NCBI GenBank assembly: GCA_002633005.1
Contig: NMRA01000069.1
Coordinates: forward strand, 425,740-489,739
DNA length: 64,000 nucleotides
DNA from: Phoronis australis
Taxonomy: Eukaryota > Animalia > Phoronida
Direction of reading: 5' to 3'
Shown: piece after piece, positions 27,601 through 39,600 of the stretch
Layout: each line of letters opens with the position of its first letter
How positions within the stretch are numbered: position 1 is the first letter of the stretch
Position numbers and translations under genes: made by a program
Notes under the pieces: generated by a model
Seen by the model: the letters and a program-made list of their open reading frames with translations, nothing else
Databases searched by the model: none
Told to the model about the DNA's origin: nothing

Positions 27601-30600
27601 CAATGTAAACGGAATTTGCNTGAAGGAAAAGTTCCAAGTAGAAATTTGTTTCTGGCATTCTAATGCTGTGCTAATCTCGTATGTTGGTAAATTTGTTTTT
27701 AATTCTATGTTTCTGTGGTGCTTTAAGCAACTGGTGTATAGGATGTGCTTGTATTATGAAGATTACTCACATTTTGCCCCTAGCCTATTGAGGAGACAAG
27801 GACCATGCCTTTCCATTTTGCAAAGTATGCCCTCTACTGGCCACTTTATGGTACCAATAAACAACCCTAGAAGGATACCGTATGCGGTGCAATTGTGGGC
27901 GCATTTCAACGCTCCGCGTTGCTCTTGTTAATCATTGGTGGGCAATTTTTGGGCCTGGTGAGTGGAATTTCGCATCATTTTAACATATTTTAGACAGGAA
28001 CGGGGACGATATCTGGCCACAAAACCGATGCATGGAGAGCCGTGTTTTTGATGATGTTTAATGAGAGTTTCACTACTAGCCCCACGTTATTCTCTGTTAT
28101 AGTCCTAATCTGACATGGCGTGATATGCAGCACATTGTGGTGAGGACAGCAAAGAAAGCCAACTTGCAGGCTTCAGACTGGAGGAAGAACGCAGTGGGGC
28201 GCTGGTGTAAGTATGGAGAGTGTAGCTTGGGAGGTTGGAAGTCTTTAAATCAATGTAATGACTCCAATGGAAGTCACTTACAGGGATTTGCGGAATCTGA
28301 CCCATTGGAGGATTCTCATTTGGTTTGTGGAGAAATTCCAGGATTTGTATTTAGCTTGTTGACGTCACCTTTGTGTCTTTAATTCACTAGAGAGTTCTAA
28401 GTCCGATGTTTTGCTCTTCCAATGGTGCCAAAAACATTTGAGCGCCATATCAAGGTACTGCTAGTTGGTTCATATTTACATCTTGATTTGGCTCCATATT
28501 TAAGGGTAACTTTAATTTCCACTCTGTTATATAGTTACCTAATTCCATTAAGGTTATCTCAAACTTGATTTAGTGGCCACCATTCTAACTCGTATATCAA
28601 AAAAACCAGCCTTTGTCAACTAGTAAAAGTCAAAATTTCATTTTTAAGAAAGGTACATTCATACCAAAATAACCCCTCGGTCAATTTTATTGTAACATTT
28701 TTTCAATGAAAACTTCACCTGTCCAGTTACCTCAAAAACACTGTTAGGAATTTTTGGTTAGTCTTTTAGTTTGGTTTCTATGATGAATCAACTCGCAAAA
28801 CGTTAGGTATTTTTGTAAAAATTAGCAGTCATATTCATCTTTATTGCATTACGCAAAAACTAGGCCTTTATGTCGGAAAACCGAACAACATTTTTGACAT
28901 TAGCTTGGAAAGTTAAAGCGAAATCCACCAAGCCATTTTTGAGAACTCGTGTTCCTAAGTTCAAATTAAGTCGATTTGCTGGAGCCAATAAAGCTGTGAG
29001 ATGTAAAAATCTCAAGGTCTCTGCGTAATCATTCATTGAAGACTTGTTTCCAGTCAATATAACCTATACACTATTTCAACATTCACTTGCAATGTAAACG
29101 GAATTTGCAGTATGTATTAACTTAATTATCACTAAAACGTCTTATTTTTGTGACCGTCTTCAGTCCGACAGGCTGGGTCAACTGTTGACCTAATTTAAAG
29201 TACGCCAACAGTTCGTTGTTACACACAGCACACGCCAGGAGACTGATATGAAACCAAGTACAAAATGGATAACAGAATTCAAGATGGTGGTTAAAGCGAA
29301 ATGGCAAATTAGTGAAATATTGCAAAAACGGGCAATTTTTGTGAATAATGTTTGAGATATCCTTAACTGTCTTTGAACCGTGACTGTTAGATTTTATATA
29401 GAATACATTGAGACGTTGTTTGTTCATAATGCAAGTCATTGTGTATCTTATTTTGTTCATGGAAAATTCACCGCAATTGTTACCTACATTGGGTATTTAC
29501 GTTTTGATGAAAATCACTTCACCATTCTCAAGGAAAATATCCAACCACCACAAGCATGATCACAAGTGACTGGAACAACCAAACCAAAACTCACTTGTAA
29601 AGCAGTCGCATAAAGANAAGTGAATATTGGAACTTGTTTATCTTACTCCTCATACTTTTTATTTAAAAATCATCAATTTTCTTATATGTGTTAACACCAG
29701 TTTAGTGTTGCATAACTTTTCAATTCAATAGGACTGCAGACTAACAGTTGGCTCAAATCAAGTTGCCCATGACTTGATAAATGGCTAAGTGAACATATTG
29801 CACTCTGTTCACTGGCAATATGGGCTTTTTTTGTATTGGAATAAGTTAGGATATATGACAATTGCATTTTTTTTGAGTTTTGATGGCTGAAGTAACCAAC
29901 CTGTCAACATTAACAGGTCAAAAAATACCACCCATTTTTAATGCATCACTTCTTACAGTAACGACCACCCATAATTTGAGTTTTTTTCTGAAGACCACCA
30001 CCCATGAATTTTTATTTCTACTGCCGTCCCCCCCTCCCACACAGATTTTACTGGAACAGCCCTAACAGAATTCAAGCCGGTGGTTAAAGCGAAATGTCAA
30101 ATTAGTGAAATATTGCAAAAACGGGCAATTTTTGTGAATAATGTTTGAGATATCCTTAACTGTCTTTGTACTGTGACTGTTAGATTTTATATAGAATACA
30201 TTGAGACGTTGTTTGTTCATAATGCAAGTCATTGTGTATCTTATTTTGTTCATGGAAAATTCACCGCAATTGTTACCTACATTGGGTATTTACGTTTCGA
30301 TGAAAATCACTCCACCATTCTCAAGGAAAATATCACAAGCATGGCCACAAGTAGCTGGAACAACCAAACCAAAACTCACTTGTAAAGCAGTCGCATAAAG
30401 AGCTATCTAGAGCTGTTATTTTTTTCAACTGTCATTTATGGAATATTCACATTTGATGATTTCCAGTTCTCTTTTGTTACCGTTTTCAGTCAGTCACTCG
30501 TATGGTTATGGTCTGATGGATGCTTCAGCGATGGTTGACCTGGCTCTCAACTGGACTATGGTGCCACCTCAACACCTGTGCGAAATAACATCAAAAGAGA

Positions 30601-33600
30601 CTAACAGGTAACGGGAAAGAACTGAGTCGAAGCACAAGTGAACTCGTTTTTGCGAGAGTGGTGCACCTTTATTGCGACTGGTGTACAAATATCACCGTCA
30701 GATTCTTACTAGCCATCTAATGAAAAATTGAGAATTACGTCTAGAGTTTTTTATGGCTGTTGACTGACTGCTATCCTCCTCAGTAGTGATTACCACCAGG
30801 TGGAACTCTTGAATATAGTACATTGTATGGCGTAGGCGTAGGGAGTCCTCATCAATATTCGCATACCTTGGCGTCTGTTTGATGTAAACAGACTCCTGTA
30901 TTTTGCGTTTGTAGTCACTGGCCTGTTGGCATATTAGACTAACTTTTCTTAATGTCTTCCAGTTTTTGCATGCAGAAAAACAAGATGCCCTGATTTGCAT
31001 TGATTAGTTATCTGTTGGTGTCAGTTCCCACATTTTACCTTGTTCTGGCGTGTACCAGAGCTGACAGTCAGTCGTGGCACGGATGAAGTCTACAAGATTA
31101 GCCCAGTGCCCCAAATGCATGAAATCTACAAAATTAGTCCAGTGCCTCAAATACATAAAATCCACAAGATTAGTCCAGTGCCTCAAATGCATGAAATCTA
31201 CAAAATTAGTCCAGTGCCTGAGCCTCAAATGCAACTTAACTTTGTGTCTACACTGCCCGAATCTCAAGGATTTCCCAACATAAGGAAGTGATCCACGCAT
31301 CCTCATTTATTTGTTTTCTCATCTCGAAAGCCCACATCCTCCCAGAGTGCGGGCAACGTGGGCTGCCAGAATATTCAATTGGTTAACTTCGTTGACCAGT
31401 GAACTTTCACTCCTTCAACTTCAGAATGGAACCTTCCAGAAGGGGCTCCACTATGAACAGGCAGCATGGTGAAATGTATTCTTACCCCCACCCCCCTTTA
31501 ATTCTAGAATAGAAAACAAGACGGCAACTGAATGGACTCGCCATCTGTGCTGATCTTTCTATGCTTCTTGCACGTCAGCCTGCGTGCGTTGTAGCAGTGG
31601 TCGCCTGGTATTAAACTCTAAACATGTTTTCTTGTTTTTGCAGGGTCATCCCACACAGGGGAAAGATACAGATCCCCCTGTACAGTGAGGGGTGCAAGGG
31701 TAGACCCAGCTCACGCGTTCACTTCCTGGAGCACGTGCAGGCGAGAGTGACGCTGACGGCAGACAAGCGCGGTGAAGTCTCAATTTTCCTCGTCTCGCCA
31801 CAGGGTACCAACTCTACCCTGCTGGCCCGCCGCGTGCGTGATCTGTCGCAAGATGGCTTCAACCAATGGGAGTTCATGACCACTCACATGTGGGGTGAGG
31901 TCGCTGTCGGCACATGGAACCTGGAGGTGAAAAATGGCGGCACTTCCTGTAAGTGTTACAAATGGCAGCAGTTTCTGTTAGTTTGACACAGTGTGCAGTC
32001 ATAGAGGGTCCTATGTATTTAATATTCCAGGACCTGTGGTCTAATTTTTTTACTTGAAATCGAATTTTGAAATTATTTTTGATGTTTTCAGTTGTGTTTT
32101 TGTGTGAACTCAAGATAAGTGTCCATTAATATATGGTCAAGTACGTAATGACTTTCACCTGATGACTTCAGTATTAAGGCTAATAGGTTGAGTCTGAACT
32201 CAAAATTTTGAGTTTTTACTTGAAATCTTGATTTTTTACTCTCGAAGCTAGGGGTCATCAAGTGCGAACTTGGACTAGATATTTGTACTTGAGCACAGAA
32301 TAATAGACATGTATCTTGTGTTCCCACAAAAGTAGAATACAGAAAAATATTTTGATTTTGAGTACAAAGATTAGACCCCGGGTGGAGTTCTCTTAGTCCT
32401 GTTGTCACCATGCTTTATAGAAACGGATGAAACTTGTCTTGTGTTCATTTGTTTACACTTCCATTAGCTTGGTACCAAGGAAGATATTAAGTTTAAGATT
32501 TCCCCATCTATGAACAATTGCCCTGTTTTTGTTTTGAAACAGTAATGCACATTAGCTATGATTCTGGTTCAAACTGAGTGCTGTAAAAGTTGCCAAGTTT
32601 TAGTATCATACGAGGCAAATGTTCCCGTTTCACACCCTTAACATTGCAAGCATTCTAGCTACTAACTCACTTAGACATTTTTCTTTAGTTAAAAACTTAA
32701 CTACTAATCATTAACATGCCCTGATTTTTGAACAATAGTTAATCACAGGGTCCTGGATTTTGAGAACCAGTTTGATACCTGTTATCTACTGGTGAAAACT
32801 GGTTCTGGAAATGTGATGCCCATTTCTTGTGTTAAGCTGGGCCGAGTTCCAGAGACACAAGATATTAGCTTGACACTGAGGTGAAAAATCTTCGTTTATA
32901 AAAGAGACACAGTGAACTCTATGCTGTAATTAAATTCTATCCCACAATTCATCATTGCAACCTCGCCGTCCAATCACTTCCGTGGCGGCCATGTTGCTAG
33001 CTTACGCTAGGAATGTCTTGAACATACTTGCGAAACACTCTCGTCTTTCACTCGCGTGACCTTGCATGATGTTTCTCGCGAGAAACCAGCTACTCTGTGT
33101 TGCCTATTTTTGTCTTTGGTCAGTCTTGGAAATTTTACTCCATGTAATAAAGAGTGTATCCTGTCTTATTTTCTTCATTCTCTCCTCAGTATGTGGTTTT
33201 CACCTTGCTTAAGTTTTGTTTTGTATGCACTACAACTAACCATTTTCCCAACAGATGTCGCTGTTGTGTAACTAATGTCATGCCTTGAGTCAGCTGAAGG
33301 CGAATGACTTGAGTGAGGTCATTAAGACATTAGGCTCGTTTCATGAAAGTTCTCGTTAGTCCAAATGTTTAGTTTTTGATTGTTGTCATGATACCTTTGT
33401 TGTTACCAGGTTTGTTGTTTGTGAAATGGTGGCCCAAGTCTTTACACTTTTGATTTCTTTCTTGTAATAATTCAGACACTCTTAAAAATGAAGAGCGGTT
33501 TATTTTGAGCGCGAATGCATTGCAAAACATTGAAAAAAGAGGTGGAAAATTTGATGGAAGGTCTCAAAGCACGTCCTTTTCAGTTATGCTGCACGTGTTT

Positions 33601-36600
33601 ACCCTCCAGTTGGAACTGTACCTAGGTATTCAACCTCTGATTGCAAATATAGGGGATATACAAGAACTGTGTGACATTCGGTAAACAGCCTTGGCTCAGT
33701 CTTGCTGTAAGAATATTTGTATCAGATGCTAGACGAAAGTACGTTTTTTTCTTGCGTCTTCACTACAGCACTTTTAACCTGAAATTTCCTCTCTTTTTTT
33801 AATGTCATATCTTCTATTCTGCTTGCTATGTAATTTTTGCGTAGTTTGAATAGGAACAGTTGGTTGCAAGTTCTTTTGGGGCTGTGGTGCCTTGCTATGT
33901 TCAAAACCACATGAATACCTTCTCCACCCCCTCAGATTGGTCAGAGCCTCAGGTGTTGAACCGCTTGCTCACTTACTGAACTGAATGTGCTTTGAACACC
34001 TTGCTTGATTTAGGAGACAGTCTAGATACAAAGATCGTCAAAGTTTCTCCAATGAATTTTTTTAACTCTTTAACTACGATAGTTTTGTCTGCTGGAATAC
34101 AGTTGTGTTACATCACAATGACGCAAATCGCTGGTTATGATTTCAATTGCCTTGGGATCTTCATTTAGAAATATGAATATTCGATATTTTATCAATTAGA
34201 AACAATGTTTATGCCTCCAGGTCTGGATTACACAGTTTTATTTTGATCTGCATCAGCGCCCCCCCCTTTCTTTACAATTTTTAAAGAATGTCTCCCACCT
34301 GTTGTCAGGGCGACATCTTAAGGCACCTTATTATAAGTAAGCTAAAATTGTTGTAGATTTTTCTTTGTCACGAACAGGCTGAATCTCATCCACCAACTTA
34401 AAGCGCGGAGATTATTTTGTAAGCTGTGCCTTCCATATTAAAGTCAGAGCCCACGTTTGACTCAATTGCAGACGTCTTTCAGATATGGTCACCCAGTATA
34501 TGGTCACCCAGTGTATGGTCACCCAGTATATGGTCACCCAGTATATGGTCAGCAATTCTGCACTTTATTTCAGTGGCTATTTCAACAAAATGGCTGCTCT
34601 GTTCAAATTGGTCAGAGCCTCGTCTGATCCTCTGTACAAAACAGTTCCACTAGCCAAGCTTCTGCAATAGCTCCACCAGATTCCTCAATCTTCTTATTAC
34701 AGTGTTGCTTTTCTTGCCATGGAAGCTTGTTGAAACTGGAGAAACCTGCTTATCACAGTCTCTAAATTCACCGGTCGTTCATTTGGTTACCCCTTTCTAG
34801 CACGTCCAGTCAACCTCAGGGAGATCACCCTGATGATGTATGGCACGGAGACGGACCCTGTGACAAAGATGGTGCCGGTGACAACTACCGTAAAACCTGC
34901 CACCATCGCCATGACTACACCTAAACATCCCGCTGAGTACAAGCGGAAAAAGCACCTTGGCTCCCAGGAATTTCAGCAACCGTCTCGAACGGTTCCTATC
35001 AAAGATCAAAAGATTTTCACTCAATGCCGCTTTAAACCTGTCGGTCCCAGGCTCTTTACAGCCACGCCCCCTCGAGGATCGAATACAAGACTGCGCAACG
35101 GTGGGAAATCAGTTCATCGCACCCGCATCCCTTCCTTGGGTAATACAGACGTCAAGACGTCTGCTATGCTTGATACTAGACAACCGACCGTGCCAACAGC
35201 CGATTCTAAATCAGGCAAGGATGACCCCAGCTTCTCCTGTTCTTGTTTCATACTAATGGACGTTGTTTGTTTTATTTTAGGTTCTTCATTTCCCTTTGCG
35301 ATGAATCATTTTTGTCTTGTACCGCCTCAGTTGACCGTTCGAATGACTGCATGTTGCTAAGTACCACTGGCTCCCTCTGTTGCAGGAATGACTTATTGAT
35401 CGTTGAATGATTGGTTACTTATTCATGTTATTTCATTATTCGCTGATTTGACTGACATCTGTTGGCAATATGTTGATTGATGTTGTTGTCAGTGCATGGT
35501 GCCAACTGAGCCTGTTGTTGGTTTAGACAACTTTTGTTGCAACATGCAACTGGTTGAGGATGTACAGTGCATTGTCCCACTCGACCACTCACAGGTGTTA
35601 GTGTTGTCTACTGTGTTTGAACAGCTAATTAGCCATAACTCCTTGTTTGACGAATAACTCCTCTTTTCCTTGTAGTTATTATCAATTCTGTTGACAGTGT
35701 TTTCGATTTTCTTGGCTAGTTCTGGGCCCTATTTCATGAAACATGATTTATAACTTTAGGTCGAAATTCTGTCTTACGCCTCACGCTATTATTCTGAAAA
35801 ATATCGAAGTCTCGCTTGAGCAAAAGTGCAAAGTGTAAACTGTTACTGAAATAATTTCTATGCCATTCTAGAAATAATTTCTATAAATTATTTCTAGACT
35901 GTGATGCGCTCATAATTACTTGGCTAAACTCTTTTTCAGCAATTTTGAAGCTTGGGCATAAGACCAAATTTCTGTCTTTAGTCTAAGTTAGTCACTTTCA
36001 TGAAAAAGGCCCCTGGACTGGAATTAATTTGTAGTCTTCTCTTGGTTACTGATGTTAGGAGTGTTTCTAGTTTCTATTCTGTGCTTAGTTACATCTGTAA
36101 TTCAGGGAACGCAGTAAAGCACTGCTCTACTTCAGTTAGGAAAATTAAAATTTGGTTATTAGAATTTATATTTATGAATTAAGCATGTACAGGTTTGAAG
36201 AAGATGTTAGTAAACACTTCAACTTTTGTTCTGTGTAATGTTTTCATTTTCTCTAGCGAGTGGCATCACATTTGGCGCGTTATAAGTGAATCCAAGAAAT
36301 GGATGTTTTATAAGACTTAAAGTTTTAGATCTTTTGCAGTATAATCTCGTCATTTTGGACAAAAGTAATTATTGCAAAAATTGCGGTTTTATTATTTGTT
36401 CGTAACAGCAACCAAATTTTCACGTAACATGTTGTTTAGAATCTAGTTTAAATCCTTACTTCTAGGATGAGTTAGGTAGATGTTTAGGCGTGTTGCAATC
36501 CTGCCAATTATACCAATCATGAACCTAGAAAAGTGCTGAAATTACTGCTGTAAGATGAGCGATGAGAAACAGCAAAAATTTCGGACACTGAAAAAATTCA

Positions 36601-39600
36601 CCGTTGCCATTAAACGGTTTAACTATTTTCCTAAAATACAGAGGTGTGAATGATTCTGGAACAAATGACATTATTATTTTTGATAAAACTGTTAATTTCA
36701 CAATGTGTCTAAACTTCATGAGAAAAGCTGGTCCTGTCTTAATTCAGAAAATTGTTCTTCCTTTTGAATTTCAATTACGATATTTTGAACAACAGGGGTG
36801 TCGCGACATTAGCCTTCATTTTTTGTTTCAATTACAAGAGTGATATTCTTTAATGTATCATTTCCTTGTATCATATCACGTGTCATTCTTTTCACAGCTA
36901 TGCTAAAGTCCTGGACTTTGGTGTTGCGAGGGACGGCGCTAGATGGCAGCCAATCCAGCGGCGGCGCCGCCAGTGGAGGTAAGGCCAATACAAATGGGGT
37001 TGCTAACCACCAGTTCGAGATCCCACCGGGAGCCGGTGATGCGGCTGGTGCCATGACTTCGCCGAGCGGCTGTGCTAATGGCGTTAGTGCCACCCAGTGT
37101 TTAGGTTTGTTACTACTCTACATCGTGCTGCACTCGGGCATCGTATTATAACACGTTGCCACGGTGATATGAAAGATTGACCCGTCTTCTATGTATTGAA
37201 ACACTCTGCTTGTTGTGTCTGTAGCTTCTAAACACTGTAGTACACGCTCTTCCCACTCGAATATGGTTGGCTTTACATCACTGAAAGTTGCCGTATTTCT
37301 ATATTATATCTTTTTGTGGTAACTAGAATGTAATGTTTTGAAGTCACACGCAGTGATAATGAGGTGCAAGTTGAAATTGACAACTTGATAAATGAAGTTT
37401 ACGGCAGCTAATCTTGCTTTGGAAGCAGTCAGCAGTGGCCTTCATTTGGTCTCTGTGGGTTGTGTAAACATTTGAGATCGCCGTCACTTACTTGTGTTGA
37501 AAAACTCGTGTTATGAAGTTTTCAAAATGTCTCTGTGTGTGAATTTAGCATTGCATGGGTTTAGAAATGCAGATCTAGTAACTTTCTGTGATTTAGCCAA
37601 CCTTATGAATTTATGGCTTGCCGTTTTGCTTGCAAGTCTGAATGAAGACATGTTTCAGACAACTATGGCATAGTGCTTAGTCATGTGAGTTGTCTTCAAC
37701 TTGCTTGTAAGGTAAGCAGACACGTGATTTGTTTGTAATGATTGTTTGGTGAAGGGCTTTGTTCTTCTGCAACACGTAGCGCCACCTACTTCCTGTGTGC
37801 GTCTGCTACTCTCACTTGTGTCGGAATGAAAAGCATAACTACTGGCACCTCTAGATCAAGACTGTCCCACTCGGTGCACATGCTCAAACATTTCCAGAAC
37901 TTTCCACAAATAACAGAAAAACATGAATAGCCAATTGTAATTTTCCAAAAAGTTACTATATTAATTCTCATTGGAACAACTTAACAAGCAAAGATTTAAG
38001 ATAGTTTTTCATTCAAGTAATTCATTTCTGATTTCCTCAACAATTTTTGAAGCCAGTGGAATTTGGAATAAATTTGTTAACTTTTTAAAACCATTATGCA
38101 ATACTCATAGCAAACCCGGTATAGCTCACAGCTTTCTGTTGTTTAGAAGGTTTCACATAAAAATGGCTGCTTAGCTGCACACATTATATACATCTTGCTC
38201 TAGGTATATGCTCGTCAGTTAAATTTTCATTCCGATTGGTTGCTTTGTAGTACCCTAACTTGTTTAATTGAATTTTGTACTTAATCAGTCTTTTTTTCTG
38301 CTGAGTCTTTAATATTTTGTTAACAGAACAATTTACCAGATCTGTTAATACTTGTGATAGGGGTAAATGGTTGCGTATTTGGAGAAATGTCTTTCCAGTA
38401 TGGACATTGAGTGGCCTACGGGTAGCAGCATGGTCTGGCTAACCCATACTGCAAGGTCAGGTTTTGTCTATTTGTGTCTTTGAGTAACAATCTGACCCCA
38501 CCGCAGCAATGCTTGTCTTCCTGCCTATGAGGAGCACAATCACTCACCGTGTTGATATTATATGTCTATGTATTGTGAAATTCTGTTAATGACTAAAAAC
38601 ATTTATTGCATAGCTGCCCCGTTACTCATGTCTATTCAAGGGTAGGGGACTCTTGGTATAATATAATGCTTATTCTGCTAAGTACCGGAATTTTAACATT
38701 TTACCTGATGGAATGTTATTGATATGGTTTCTCTATTGATGCCATTATACTGTATTGAAGAGAGAGATTACTTTTTAGATTTTGTCATTGATACAGAAAT
38801 GTGTTATTTTTCCGTCACTATCAGCTTGTCGTCTACCATTTCAAAAGGTTAGTGTCATGAAGTCCCATGGGCATAGAACCTGTTCTGGCCTATTATGTTG
38901 TGTATTGTATATTGGTCCCTAACTATTTAAGTGTTAGCTTTATTTATTGATTGTCTGTACATACCTGGATGTCAAATTATAACTCAGGCTCACACATAAA
39001 ATAATTGTATATTATTTTGATTTTGTACATATGGTAAATTTTTATTACATGGTTGTATATATTTTGCAGTATTATTTTAGCAGACTGGCAATATTCCGCC
39101 TTTTGTCTTTGGGTGGCTGTGTTTGAGGCTAACCAAGATTACTGGATTGAAATTTGTAGTAACGCCATGCATTGGTGACCCTTGACCGATGAGACCATCT
39201 GTGGATAGAAGGCGGGGTTATGTCTTTCTTCTTTTTTTCAAATATCTGGTGTTGTCAAGAAGCACAAACTTACGCTCAATACCTGCGCTACCTTGGTAGT
39301 TTGAATTTGAGATTAAGATGGCAGAGTCTGGTCGTGGGGGAGTCAAGAAAGATGAAATGGTTTTAGTTACTGAATTGGAACATTGGAGATTTTGTGCTTG
39401 CGATATTACCTCTAGTCAGTTCAACTTTTCCATGAAAAGCGTTTGCAGATTATTCAGGAGGCTACTTATTGGCTATGGTGTCAGTTTTTTGCAGAGCAGT
39501 TGATGTAAGGTGATTTTGTTCGTATCATTTGAATATTTCCTAACGTTGCTCTTAAAGCGAAAGTTGCCGATTTCTTGCAACACGCAACATTAGTTTTGTG

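Larger units (their letters stand above)
26446..29108. repeat. Near-identical direct duplication 26446-27619 / 27928-29108, abutting N at 27620 (probable uncollapsed haplotypes)
   Basis: Copies are collinear with scattered SNPs and small indels; copy 1 ends exactly at the N. Confidence 0.9.

Noticed and set aside
26621-28206. Mutually exclusive duplicated furin exons as a real biological feature
   Set aside because: Identical peptide, flanking introns duplicated too, and the block ends exactly at an N. Uncollapsed haplotypes explain this better.
30735-30790. Hammerhead ribozyme next to the Penelope-like fragment (- strand CTGAGGA then a partial stem)
   Set aside because: The position fits a PLE pseudo-LTR, but the required GAAA core and stem pairing are missing. 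At most a decayed relic.
31004-31306. Repetitive ORFs on both strands
   Set aside because: Produced by an intronic 36-bp minisatellite; no splice signals link them to furin.
34426-34670. WSPSI / MVTQY repeat ORFs just upstream of exon K1
   Set aside because: Artefact of a 15-bp tandem repeat; no P-domain strand motif.
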